Shown piece by piece: positions 25,187-34,759 of a stretch of DNA of 45,892 nucleotides (position 1 is the stretch's first letter; every line of letters begins with the position of its first letter). The notes under the pieces are model-generated. The model did no database searches. It was given only the letters and a program-made list of their open reading frames with translations, and had not been told where the DNA came from. The stretch comes from Nitrospinota bacterium (GTDB lineage Bacteria; Nitrospinota; Nitrospinia; Nitrospinales; VA-1), in contig JAYNIA010000016.1 in assembly GCA_038108555.1 (NCBI GenBank), forward strand, positions 1 through 45,892, given 5' to 3'. The position numbers were made by a program, and so were the translations under genes.

Positions 25187-26983
25187 TTAGGGGGCCACAC
25201 TCGTGGAGGCCATATTCAAAATTTCTTCTTTTCCGTAATGGTCGAGGTAGAGAAGGAAATGTTCCCGAGAAAGGTAGTTCCAGATTTTACGGGAGGGAAA
25301 ATGCTGTTCTATTATGGAATCGAAACGTTCATAAACATCCATGACTTCTTCCCTTGGCATTCCCTTTTTGATTTCATAATCAAATACGATAGCCATGTCG
25401 CGATCCGGATCTTGAATGATCCGGTCAATTTTGAACTTTGCCGGGTTGTGATAAATTGCGGAGTCTTTTTCCAGGGCGAAAATCGATTGTCCCACCGAGT
25501 GTATGGTACCGCTTTGCATTTCAGAATTTTCAATCGTAAATTGAATCGTATCTTCCGCTTCGTCTCTTTCTTCTGTAGGAAATCCAAAAAATAAGTAGAG
25601 GTGGTTCCAAATTCCAGCTTCCGAGCTGTGTCGCAAAACGGCTCTTTCTGTTTCCTGGTCACAGCCTTTATCAATGACTGACAGAATACGGTCGTTGGCA
25701 CTTTCTAGTCCGAAAAACAGCATGAGAAATCCTGCACGATAGATATCGTCAAAAAGTTCTGCGGATTCCTTTTCGCTAGACTCGAATTTCAGCATTCCCA
25801 GAGAACGCATTTCCACCCCACGTTTTAATATTTCTTTCGACATGCGGTTAAACGCGTTTGGAGAAATGGCTTCGTCTGAAAAAGTGAAATACTTGGTCTT
25901 GTATTTTTTTGAAAGATGATCCAGTTCTTCGGCGACCCTCACTTCATTTTCTTTTCTGTAATGCGAGTCATAAATAAAACTGTGGGTGCAGAAAGTACAT
26001 TTCCCCCAATAGCATCCCCGGCTGGACATATAAGGAAGCACAGGATAGGGCATCAGATATTTTTCCAGGGGTAACTGGTCAAAAGTCGGGCAGACCAGCT
26101 CCTCATAAGGTAAAGCCTCGGTTTTGGGATTGCGGATGACCTGGTTGCCTTCCAGATGAATCAGGTTTGGGACTGTGTGTAGCGGTTTATTTGCTTTAAG
26201 ATGGCAGACCAGCTGGTCAAGCGGAAGTTCTCCTTCAGATACGATCAGACTGTGGAAAAATTCTTTAAATAATTCCTGTTTGTCATCCAGCAAGTCCGCG
26301 TGACGATTGAAAACACTACCACCCACGACAATGTGTAGATGGGGGAAACGGCGACGAAGCTGGCGCGCCAGGGTGAGACCGGGTATGACCTGTCCGATAT
26401 GTATGATAGAAAGTCCGACAATTCCGTATTCGTCCCAGGGTATTTTGGGAGTCAGGTAATTTTCGAACATATGTAGGAATGGGTTGCGCACGGTGTCTTC
26501 AGTTGCGCTCAATATTCCCGCCAGGTTTTCTTCCGGATTCCCCTGCATGAAAAATGAATCGAGATCCACACGACTGGGGTGATGTGCATAGGATATTAAT
26601 TGCATTGCAATTTTAAGGTTTGTGTAAGCTTTGCTGTATATGTCGAATTGAAAGAACCGGTTTTCGTCTTTCAGCACATTTTTTGCATCTTCTACCTCAC
26701 TAAGAACGGACTCCAGAAAGTCTGTATCTGTCAGGATATCGTTGTAAACGGGCCGCACCTCCTGATCTTCTGTGGCTCTTGTAGGGTCGGCAAGGCGTTT
26801 GCGGATGGTCTCTACACAGTATTCCAGGTACTCCCGCGACAAAAAAACATCGTAACATTCGATGTTTAGGTCATACTGGTCTACTGCATGGCCCTTCGAC
26901 TCCAAATGGGCTTTTAGAGTGGGTAGGGCCAAATAAGGTTGGCTGGGATACCATTGCGGCGGAAACAGGAGAGCGACTTTCAC
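25187..26983 (-). CDS. Cobalamin-binding-domain radical SAM protein
   Basis: LLFPPQWYPSQPYLALPTL, VGLSI, IVVGGS, SEGE, SRGCYWGKCTFC, FSDE, FGLES and FFGFPTE; GGAGG RBS before GTG. Confidence 0.9.
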   Translation of the reverse strand: MKVALLFPPQWYPSQPYLALPTLKAHLESKGHAVDQYDLNIECYDVFLSREYLEYCVETIRKRLADPTRATEDQEVRPVYNDILTDTDFLESVLSEVEDAKNVLKDENRFFQFDIYSKAYTNLKIAMQLISYAHHPSRVDLDSFFMQGNPEENLAGILSATEDTVRNPFLHMFENYLTPKIPWDEYGIVGLSIIHIGQVIPGLTLARQLRRRFPHLHIVVGGSVFNRHADLLDDKQELFKEFFHSLIVSEGELPLDQLVCHLKANKPLHTVPNLIHLEGNQVIRNPKTEALPYEELVCPTFDQLPLEKYLMPYPVLPYMSSRGCYWGKCTFCTHSFIYDSHYRKENEVRVAEELDHLSKKYKTKYFTFSDEAISPNAFNRMSKEILKRGVEMRSLGMLKFESSEKESAELFDDIYRAGFLMLFFGLESANDRILSVIDKGCDQETERAVLRHSSEAGIWNHLYLFFGFPTEERDEAEDTIQFTIENSEMQSGTIHSVGQSIFALEKDSAIYHNPAKFKIDRIIQDPDRDMAIVFDYEIKKGMPREEVMDVYERFDSIIEQHFPSRKIWNYLSREHFLLYLDHYGKEEILNMASTSVAP

Positions 26984-27098
26984 TTTTCCTCCTTTTTTAT
27001 AGCCGTTATTTCTTGCGAAATTGGTAATAGCACAGGCATAAACCTAAACAAATTTTGGAATTTATCCTAAAAAGTTTTTGGAGCTTGTTTTATAGGTT

Positions 27099-27128
27099 AG
27101 CATATATTTATTCTGAAAACCCTGTCAA
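27099..27128 (-). promoter_or_regulatory. Putative sigma70 promoter of the B12 radical SAM gene
   Basis: TTGACA-18nt-TATGCT on the minus strand. Confidence 0.55.
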
Positions 27129-27313
27129 CCACTGGGCGCAGAGCCGACAGGTCTATTTCTTACTTTTAGCTAAAAAAACCTCAAGCTTCTGGAGTTGGGG
27201 TAGCCCTTTTATTCTACCTGGTTAGAGGAGGGACAAATTTAACGAAACTATTATTAAAGTACTAACATCTGTATTCGTTTAGGGGCCTGATACATTGGCC
27301 CCTCGCCGGGCAG

Positions 27314-27343
27314 TTGACAGTGTTTAGGGAAAAGGATTATACT
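27314..27343 (+). promoter_or_regulatory. Putative sigma70 promoter
   Basis: TTGACA-18nt-TATACT. Confidence 0.65.
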
Positions 27344-27410
27344 TACGAGATTCCCAGAACTCTTTTAAAAATATTGGTTTATTGTTTTACCTTGTGAAGG
27401 AAGGAGATTT

Positions 27411-28016
27411 GTGTTGAGCGACCAGGATACTGAAACAAAAGAAACAGCGGATTCTTCGGAAGCGCCGGAACAAAAAGAGGTAGATCACCTTTCCGATTTA
27501 AGTGAATTGGAGAAAATCAAGGCCGAGCTCCAAAAAGAAAAGGAAAAGGCAGCTCAGGAACTTGCCGAGGGTGAGGAGGAGGAAGAAGATTTAAGGGAGG
27601 TAGATTACCTTCAAAAACTAATCACCCTTTCAGTCAAGTTTGATCACCATATCGGTATGTACCTTATGCCCGCTTTTATTGATTGTGGACTGAAATACGA
27701 CCACCGTCTTGCTGAAAGTTATACCGTGCAGTTAACGACAATTCAGTCGTTTTTGCGTCTTCTAGAAAAAGTGGATGGCGTGACCCGTGAGGAAGTGACC
27801 AAGCAATGTATTTTAAATTTGAGAAACATTCTTCAATTGGTCCATAAAAACATGGTTAAACCACTTTTCCGGGAAGTGGGTTTGATGAAAAAGAAACCGA
27901 AATCGGAAAGTCTGGACAATTTCAAAAAGAACTGGAATGAGCGAATAGAGGAATTCCAGAAAACCTGTGACTTTGAGTATCAGATACTCGATGTAAAAGG
28001 GTTTTTGTTAAAGTAA
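27411..28016 (+). CDS. Hypothetical helical protein with acidic N-terminus
   Basis: 201-aa ORF with AAGGAG RBS; E-rich first 60 aa; no family recognised. Confidence 0.8.
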   Translation: MLSDQDTETKETADSSEAPEQKEVDHLSDLSELEKIKAELQKEKEKAAQELAEGEEEEEDLREVDYLQKLITLSVKFDHHIGMYLMPAFIDCGLKYDHRLAESYTVQLTTIQSFLRLLEKVDGVTREEVTKQCILNLRNILQLVHKNMVKPLFREVGLMKKKPKSESLDNFKKNWNERIEEFQKTCDFEYQILDVKGFLLK

Positions 28017-28109
28017 ACAGCCTGAATGGGAGGGTCCGTTAAAAGGCCGGTTCTAAACAGGAAGTAATAAAATTTCAGTTTAAATGTCTGGTTGCAGGCA
28101 TATGGCTCT

Positions 28110-28131
28110 AGAGCCCCTTAAGGGGCTCTTT
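28110..28131 (+). terminator. Putative terminator hairpin
   Basis: agagcccct-ta-aggggctct followed by tt; weak U-tract. Confidence 0.45.
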
Positions 28132-28183
28132 CCTATTGGAGTCCTATCAATGCAAACAGCTGGGAATATGAAAGGGATAAATT

Positions 28184-29179
28184 TTGGCTGAAGAAACTGT
28201 CAGCGAGGAAGGGGAAGATTCAAAAGCCCTTGAAGTTGTAGCTACGGAAGAGACTCTTCCTGAAGAACAACCCAAGGTTGACCACAGTAAACTGTATGTC
28301 TGGGTGGCCGACACCGGGAATGATCGAATACAAAAATTTGATGGTAATGGAAAACTGCTGATGCAGTTTGGAACCTCTGGAGGCACAAGGCCTCCCTATG
28401 TCCCGGGGGAGTTTAAAACGCCAAGTGGAGTTGCGGTTGACCTGGAAGGCTATATTTGGGTGGTGGATACCGGCTGTCATCGGATACAAAAGTTCGATCC
28501 GGAGGGAGACTTCTTTCTGGAGTTTGGAACCGAAGGCTGGGGGCAAGACAAATTTTATATGCCTGAGGAAATTGTGGCAGAGCCTATGGGCACTATTCTC
28601 GTTGCCGATACCTCCAATCATTGTGTGAAACGCTATGACGATGATGGCGAGTTTATCCTCAGTTTTGGTTATGCAGGGAACTTTGATGGTTTCATGAAAT
28701 TCCCCGTTGGAATTGCTTTGGACCGGGAAGGGAATATTTATGTTGCAGACCGGGATAATCAACGGATTCAGATTTTTAACGAAGACGGTCAATTCCTGTC
28801 CAAATTTGGGGAGTATGGTTTTGAGCCGGGGCGACTGAACTACCCTACGGGTATAACAGTGCGTAGAGATGGTACTTTGATTGTTGCTGAGAAAAGCCAA
28901 AACCGCCTGCAGCTTTTTGATCGAGAGGGGCATTCTCTCGGGATCATTGGTGATGCAGGCAAACGCGATGGTCAGTTCAACTGTCCCTCTTCGGTGGTGG
29001 AAGACCCCTACGGCTACGTGTTTGTGGTCGATACCATTAATCAGAGAATTCAGAAATTTGATCCAGACCTGAATTTTATGGCCAAGTGGGGAATCGTAGG
29101 TAAAGACCCCGGCCAATTTTATAACCCATCCGGTATTTGTCTGTCATGGGAGCCCGACTGGGCGCCTCAGGAAGAGTGA
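28184..29179 (+). CDS. NHL-repeat six-bladed beta-propeller protein (TRIM71/NHLRC-like repeats), acidic N-terminus
   Basis: Six repeats of G.F..P.GIA.D..G.IYVAD..N.RIQ.F. Confidence 0.93.
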   Translation: MAEETVSEEGEDSKALEVVATEETLPEEQPKVDHSKLYVWVADTGNDRIQKFDGNGKLLMQFGTSGGTRPPYVPGEFKTPSGVAVDLEGYIWVVDTGCHRIQKFDPEGDFFLEFGTEGWGQDKFYMPEEIVAEPMGTILVADTSNHCVKRYDDDGEFILSFGYAGNFDGFMKFPVGIALDREGNIYVADRDNQRIQIFNEDGQFLSKFGEYGFEPGRLNYPTGITVRRDGTLIVAEKSQNRLQLFDREGHSLGIIGDAGKRDGQFNCPSSVVEDPYGYVFVVDTINQRIQKFDPDLNFMAKWGIVGKDPGQFYNPSGICLSWEPDWAPQEE

Positions 29180-29182
29180 TTC

Positions 29183-29809
29183 ATGAAAAGCCAACCTGTT
29201 TCTAAATTCCTTCAAGAAATGCGATTTCCAAACTGTTTTATTCTTTCATTCCTGTTAACCGTTTTTATCTCTGTTGGAAATGTGTGGGCTGAAGGTAGTA
29301 AGGATGAGATCTTCGGAGGCCAGATTTTGTCAATGACCGAAGAAAAGCCTCCTCTGACCCCCTCCAACGACCCCCGATTTAAAGATAATAATGATGGGAC
29401 GGTAACCGACTTGCAAGAAGGGTTGATGTGGAAGAAATTCGATTTTTATCAGGAAAAAAAAATATGGGCAAGTTGGGAGGAATCACAGAAACTTTTAGAA
29501 AAGTTTAATGAAGAAGCGTATGCAAGTTACTCGGACTGGCGGTTGCCTACACGCGAAGAGCTGAAAACCCTTTATGAGGAAGATAAAAAAGTTCCTTGGA
29601 AATATTACTGGACGGAAAATTTTATACATATTGATCCTATTTTTGGCTATTCGCATTGTTGTTTCTGGTCGAGTGAACTTTATAAAGACAAATATGCCTG
29701 GGGATTCAACTACATTGGCGGAAGAGCTTATCCCAGTATGAAAGGTGGAGGTCAGTATCACCTTTCTTTGTCAACGATTCGTCCCGTCAGGACGGTTAAA
29801 AAAAAGTAA
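29183..29809 (+). CDS. DUF1566/Lcl-domain protein with signal peptide
   Basis: RFKDNNDGTVTD..GLMW, YSDWRLPTREEL, FWSS and terminal IRPVR; hydrophobic signal ending VWA. Confidence 0.9.
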   Translation: MKSQPVSKFLQEMRFPNCFILSFLLTVFISVGNVWAEGSKDEIFGGQILSMTEEKPPLTPSNDPRFKDNNDGTVTDLQEGLMWKKFDFYQEKKIWASWEESQKLLEKFNEEAYASYSDWRLPTREELKTLYEEDKKVPWKYYWTENFIHIDPIFGYSHCCFWSSELYKDKYAWGFNYIGGRAYPSMKGGGQYHLSLSTIRPVRTVKKK

Positions 29810-29885
29810 ACTGAAAAAACGATTTCCCATCTTTGAATTTTGCAAATAAACTTTTCAACTTGTCTCTGCAATTGAGTCCAAGCCT

Positions 29886-30707
29886 ATGAGCGAAGAAGAA
29901 AAAGAAGAGACCTCTGAAAATGAATCCCCTGAAGAATCTTCGGAAGATTCTGCTGAAGATAGTTCTCCTCAAGCTGAGTTAGAAGAGGGTGAAGCGCCTG
30001 ATTCGGAAGAAGAACTGGAAGATGAGGATGAGGAGGAGATTGAGTTCGACCTCGAGGCGCAGGTCGAGGAATTTCGAAGGTTAATCGAGGAAGACCCGGA
30101 TAACTGCGTTAATTATTATAATTTAGGTGAAGCCCTTGCAGAGTTGGGGCAAGCAGGCGAGGCAAAGGAAGCTTTCGATCTGGCTCTGGAATTGGATGTG
30201 AATCAGGAGTTCAGTTCCATCATTCATTTGGGGATTGGTAATCTATATTTTCATCAGTTGATGTCGGGGATCCAATCGAATGTTGTTAAAAGCTCGGTGG
30301 GAATGCTCTCACAGCATAAGCAGCAAAACTCCATAGACTCTGTTACCGGGGATGATTATTCCATCCCCATCGGTGAGTTTGAAAAAGCCATTCAGCACCT
30401 TCCAACCCTCAATGCGGATGAAGATATTGTCGATTATGTCCGGAATAATGCACCCAAACAAATTTCGACCATTTACTACAAATGGGCTTCCGATTTATTT
30501 GACAAAGCGCGGCAACTGGAAAATTACGGGGATGAAATAAAAGATATCAAGCAGGGCCTTAAATATTTGAAAAAGACTATAGAGATTGACCCCAACCATG
30601 CTCAGGCGAACTTGATGGTTAAGTATGGCAAGAAGATGTTGATGGAGGGATTCAGTATTTACGATGAGTATGGTTTCGAAGCAAAAACAATCCCTGGAAC
30701 GGGGTAA
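29886..30707 (+). CDS. TPR-containing protein with a long acidic N-terminal tail
   Basis: About 55-aa D/E/S tract; YYNLGEALAELGQAGEAKEAFDLALELD; TIEIDPNHAQA. Confidence 0.82.
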   Translation: MSEEEKEETSENESPEESSEDSAEDSSPQAELEEGEAPDSEEELEDEDEEEIEFDLEAQVEEFRRLIEEDPDNCVNYYNLGEALAELGQAGEAKEAFDLALELDVNQEFSSIIHLGIGNLYFHQLMSGIQSNVVKSSVGMLSQHKQQNSIDSVTGDDYSIPIGEFEKAIQHLPTLNADEDIVDYVRNNAPKQISTIYYKWASDLFDKARQLENYGDEIKDIKQGLKYLKKTIEIDPNHAQANLMVKYGKKMLMEGFSIYDEYGFEAKTIPGTG

Positions 30708-30731
30708 TGCATTTCATAGGTGGAGTAAATA

Positions 30732-31127
30732 ATGCCAAATATAGATGATTTGATAAGGGATAGGTTGAGCAAAGATGGACAGGTGCTCAATTTAAAGGCT
30801 CAGTTTTTGAGAGAAGTCGGGGCCAAAGAATTAGCGAAGAGGGAAGAGTTGAAGAATGTTCGGGCCATGGACCTGTCGCAAAATGGGATTGGAGATGAAG
30901 GGGTTAAAGCAATAGCAGAATCCGATGTCTTTTCAAATTTAAGAAACTTGAATCTGGCATCCAACAATATCAGTGATGAGGGAGCCAGATGCCTGGCCAC
31001 ATCAAAAAAATTAAATAATCTTCGCAGCCTTCAGTTGGTCGTTAATGATATTTCAGAAGAAGGTGAAAAGATATTAAGGAATTCTACAGATTTGACCAGT
31101 CTGACGTCTCTAAAGTTCAGAGTTTAA
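30732..31127 (+). CDS. Small leucine-rich-repeat protein (RI-like LRR)
   Basis: MDLSQNGIGDEGVKAIA, LNLASNNISDEGARCLA and LQLVVNDISEEG; 28-aa period. Confidence 0.9.
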   Translation: MPNIDDLIRDRLSKDGQVLNLKAQFLREVGAKELAKREELKNVRAMDLSQNGIGDEGVKAIAESDVFSNLRNLNLASNNISDEGARCLATSKKLNNLRSLQLVVNDISEEGEKILRNSTDLTSLTSLKFRV

Positions 31128-31258
31128 AAGGGTTTTGGGTGGCTCAATTCGGGGTTCCACAGGCAGAAAAAGCATTAAAAAAGGCTTCCGGGGCAGGGGT
31201 TGGAAACTATTGAAAATACAGGGTTTTTGGGGGCTAAAATTATAGTTTTATTAAACGC

Positions 31259-31287
31259 TTGACTTCCCTTGGGGGTTTTGATATTTT
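31259..31287 (+). promoter_or_regulatory. Putative sigma70 promoter
   Basis: TTGACT-17nt-TATTTT. Confidence 0.5.
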
Positions 31288-31464
31288 CGGGCCACTCTAG
31301 TCAGACCAGTAGGTTTGCTGGGTAGGTTCCGTTCTTTATCAGGCAAGGCAAATAGTCGGAGCCCCACAACTTTAGATAAGATTCACCGATTTAGGTTGAT
31401 GGATTTATAAATTTATTAGGTTGTTTCGGGTTTACTTTAAATCAAGCTTCGAAAGGGGGAGCAA

Positions 31465-31959
31465 ATGAGAAAGACCGTTTTAACTTTGTTTGCAGTATTG
31501 TTTGTATTTTCTTCAGTAGCCAGCGCAAATGTTGGTACATTGAAAGCTGGTGCTTCAGCTGACTGTATTCGAGCTAGCTGGGTAATTGAAAACATCAGTG
31601 AAACCAAAGACACCACCGTTCATATTGATATCGGGAAAATGGCGTATTCTTACACCAAAAACTTTGACCGAACTTTGGAGCCGGGTGGATTCTTGGCAAA
31701 TTCTTTGGAACTTAAAACCACTTTCACCAACAAAGGTCCTGCTGACATCCTGCTGAACTGTCAAGCTCACCGTGTTGAAAACGCTAACCGTGTTGAGTGG
31801 AAAAAAGATGCAGGTTCTCACAAAACTTATCAGAATAACTACCATCTGGACCATGTAACTCCTGGCACATACATTGAGCCTGGAATGGGTCAACCAGAAG
31901 GTACAGAGCGTGGTCTTTTCAGTCAGGTTAACGGACAGCAACGCGAAGGCGAACGCTAA
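31465..31959 (+). CDS. Exported hypothetical protein
   Basis: Signal peptide (VASA), two Cys, GGGGGAG RBS, own terminator. Confidence 0.82.
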   Translation: MRKTVLTLFAVLFVFSSVASANVGTLKAGASADCIRASWVIENISETKDTTVHIDIGKMAYSYTKNFDRTLEPGGFLANSLELKTTFTNKGPADILLNCQAHRVENANRVEWKKDAGSHKTYQNNYHLDHVTPGTYIEPGMGQPEGTERGLFSQVNGQQREGER

Positions 31960-31977
31960 GACCAGTTTGAATTAAGT

Positions 31978-32008
31978 GCCGGGGGGCTTTGCCCCCCGGC
32001 TTTTTTTT
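31978..32008 (+). terminator. Rho-independent terminator
   Basis: gccgggggg-ctttg-ccccccggc followed by T9. Confidence 0.92.
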
Positions 32009-32087
32009 TGGAATTTTTTTGGACATTGAAGCCCAAGGCTAAAAAATTATAAAATACAGAACATAATAAATTTTTGATGAGGCAAAA

Positions 32088-32582
32088 ATGAGTGAAAACA
32101 GGTTTGTGGAAAATGGTGACGGTACCGTAACGGATAACCTTACCCAGTTGATGTGGATGCAAAATGACTCGTATTTGGATCTGTTGCGTTTTGTCACTCA
32201 TAGCGGGGCTCTGAAGTACATGGAAAAGAAAAATAAAGAAGTCTTTGCCGGGCATACGGACTGGCGTTTGCCAAACAAACGAGAGGCGCACTCCCTATTT
32301 GATCAGGATAAAGAAATCAAGGATAAATACGACATGGTGATACACATTGATCCGGTGTTCACAAGCGGATGTGGTTATGATACATGGACCAGCAATGTAA
32401 GAGGGAAGATTACCGCCTATTGCTATTCCTTTGGCAGTGGCTCAGGAGGCCACAAGGAATCAGAAGACACTTTAAACTCCAGTGTGCGGCTGGTGCGGGG
32501 AGAATTCGACAATTCAAAAGCCAAGATTACATTTGTTCCGGAAGTCAGGGATAAAATAACTCAGGGAGGGGGCTGGAGGTAA
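32088..32582 (+). CDS. DUF1566/Lcl-domain protein
   Basis: RFVENGDGTVTD..LMW, FAGHTDWRLP, TWTS and VRLVR. Confidence 0.92.
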   Translation: MSENRFVENGDGTVTDNLTQLMWMQNDSYLDLLRFVTHSGALKYMEKKNKEVFAGHTDWRLPNKREAHSLFDQDKEIKDKYDMVIHIDPVFTSGCGYDTWTSNVRGKITAYCYSFGSGSGGHKESEDTLNSSVRLVRGEFDNSKAKITFVPEVRDKITQGGGWR

Positions 32583-32875
32583 CCTCCGTTCTATGGAATT
32601 AAACCTGGAATCAAATACCCACAAACGTTGCAAAATCAGAGGTTTTAAGTCAGCGCAAAACCTTATTTGAGTTGAAAATAAAGGCCTTGAATGGTATTTT
32701 GTACTATTAAAAACAATAATGATTCAAAGAGAGTCAACACTCTATCTCCTTGTTAAAGTTTACTGGGTCAGTGCTTATCCCGAATCCCTCCTGCTGGAGT
32801 GAGAAGACAATAAGCAAAGTCTCTTTGAATAGACGGGATGGAAAGGGTGTTTTTTTTATTGCTGTTATTTGAGGT

Positions 32876-33319
32876 GTGAAAGTGGCGCAGCCAAACTGGA
32901 AAAAAAACGACAATGGTACCATTGAAGATCATGATACCGATTTGATGTGGGTTGTAAGGGATTCCAGACAGGAATTGGGCAAATGGCTAAATTGGGACGA
33001 AAGTATGGCTTATGTAAAGGCTTGTAACGAGCAAAATTATCTGGGATACAATGATTGGCGTTTGCCGAGTAAAAGCGAGGTGCGTTCCATTTTAAAAAAC
33101 AAGGAGCCCTATCGCGAGATGTTCCTGAATCTACCCAAAAAGCCCGCCCGGCGTGTTTCGAATTACCAGGCAGGTGGAGAAACGAGTTTGTGGACTTCTG
33201 AAACCCGATATGACTCATATGCGTGGAAGTGTTACTTTCCCGATTTAAAAGAAGTATGTGTAGATCAATCGGTTTCAACCACAGGAACTTCGGTTCGAAT
33301 GGTCCGCGATCTGGATTGA
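32876..33319 (+). CDS. DUF1566/Lcl-domain protein
   Basis: NDNGTIED..LMW, LGYNDWRLPS, LWTS and VRMVR. Confidence 0.9.
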   Translation: MKVAQPNWKKNDNGTIEDHDTDLMWVVRDSRQELGKWLNWDESMAYVKACNEQNYLGYNDWRLPSKSEVRSILKNKEPYREMFLNLPKKPARRVSNYQAGGETSLWTSETRYDSYAWKCYFPDLKEVCVDQSVSTTGTSVRMVRDLD

Positions 33320-33344
33320 ATATTTTAAATAGACGAGGTTAATA

Positions 33345-33950
33345 ATGTCTGACGAACAGGAAGAGTTTGAAGAGGTTTCTGATCCCGATCTTTTGGATGA
33401 TGACACCGAAACCGAATGGGTGGGTGAAGAAGAATGGGGCGATGAGGAGGAAGAAGATGTCGCTCTTGTAGAGGAAGAAGTTCCAAACTTCATCGACAAT
33501 GGGGATGGGACCATCAGTGATACGCGTACCAACCTGATGTGGAAAAAAGATGATTCTTTCAAGGAATATGGTTATGGAATCAACTGGTTTGAAGCTCAGG
33601 ATTATTGCGAAATGTTAAACGAAAAACAATTCGCCGGTTATGATGACTGGAGATTGCCCAGTGGTGAAGAGGCCAAAAGCGTTTTCTCCTTCACTCAGTC
33701 CAATACAGATAAAGATGGTGCTGAAACTCATATATCAGATTTGTTTGAGCCCGGAGGTGGGCACAATACATGGACTTATGAAGAAAAGCCGGATTATGAA
33801 CAATATGCGCAGAAGTTCAGTTTTGTAACGGGCAATGATATGTGGGAGCACAAAGATAACGAGTATTCCCATTGCAGGGTGACCCGTGATGTGGTTCAGG
33901 ATGAGTGGGAACCTGAATGGCGAAAAGATACCAAAGCGTTTGAACGATAA
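33345..33950 (+). CDS. DUF1566/Lcl-domain protein with acidic N-terminal tail
   Basis: About 45-aa D/E tract; FIDNGDGTISD..LMW, FAGYDDWRLPS and CRVTR. Confidence 0.92.
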   Translation: MSDEQEEFEEVSDPDLLDDDTETEWVGEEEWGDEEEEDVALVEEEVPNFIDNGDGTISDTRTNLMWKKDDSFKEYGYGINWFEAQDYCEMLNEKQFAGYDDWRLPSGEEAKSVFSFTQSNTDKDGAETHISDLFEPGGGHNTWTYEEKPDYEQYAQKFSFVTGNDMWEHKDNEYSHCRVTRDVVQDEWEPEWRKDTKAFER

Positions 33951-33993
33951 TTTTTAATTGTCTGAAGTTTAGAAAAGACAGAATTGGAGTTTT

Positions 33994-34212
33994 GTGAGCC
34001 ACTACATGATTTTTGGAAAAGACGATTGCCCTCATACCCAAAAGGCAGTTTCGGATTTCAAGGAAAAACACCGTTCTTTTATTTATATTAATGTGGACAA
34101 GGATCCACATGGATTAAAAAAGTTGTTGGAATATTCCAATGATCAATATGTTGTTCCGGTAATTGTCAATGTCGATGAAGACAGTGTTGAAATAGGTTAT
34201 ACCGGGGAATAG
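33994..34212 (+). CDS. Glutaredoxin-like protein (Cys homolog of the UXX-star selenoprotein family)
   Basis: IFGKDDCPHT, YINV..DP, VPVIV and IGY. Confidence 0.8.
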   Translation: MSHYMIFGKDDCPHTQKAVSDFKEKHRSFIYINVDKDPHGLKKLLEYSNDQYVVPVIVNVDEDSVEIGYTGE

Positions 34213-34253
34213 AACTTAGATGCCACTGGGTAACCCGGTGAAGGACTAAAATT

Positions 34254-34754
34254 ATGGAAGAAAATTTACCGCAAAAAGCAGATCAACAACTGGCGGAACA
34301 AAAAGACGACAAACCCAAAAGGTTTGTCGAAAAAGGCCGGGATGTTGTGTTCGATAATAAAACCCGTCTTTACTGGTTAAAGAAAGACTCCTGGCAGGAT
34401 AAAGGAAAATTTTATAACTGGCACGAAGCCACTGAATTTGCCGCAAGAAAGAATATGAGAAAAATCGGCGGCTTTGATGATTGGCGGCTTCCCAATGTTG
34501 ATGAAGCAACTTCACTCTATGATGAAAATTGTGAGATCCCCGGGAAGGGTGGCACCCGCCTTCACATTGACCCGATTTTTCCTGAAGGTGCGTTCAAAAC
34601 CGGATGGATTGCAGGTGATACCTCTACAAGGAGACCCCGGTTCGATTATAGCGAGGGGAAGGTGGTAAGTGTTGAGGAGTACAGCTTTGGTTCGGTTCGG
34701 ATTTGCCGCAAAGATGTGGTTGTGAAGCACCAGTCTGCTCCTCGAAGAAGGTAA
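34254..34754 (+). CDS. DUF1566/Lcl-domain protein
   Basis: VFDNKTRLYW, GGFDDWRLP, HIDPIF and VRICR. Confidence 0.9.
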   Translation: MEENLPQKADQQLAEQKDDKPKRFVEKGRDVVFDNKTRLYWLKKDSWQDKGKFYNWHEATEFAARKNMRKIGGFDDWRLPNVDEATSLYDENCEIPGKGGTRLHIDPIFPEGAFKTGWIAGDTSTRRPRFDYSEGKVVSVEEYSFGSVRICRKDVVVKHQSAPRRR

Positions 34755-34759
34755 AACCG

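Noticed and set aside
28220..29116. 298-aa minus-strand ORF
   Set aside because: Antisense shadow of the clear NHL-repeat gene.
33994..34230. Selenocysteine readthrough in the UXX-star-like gene
   Set aside because: The active site is TGC (Cys) and the stop is TAG, not TGA.
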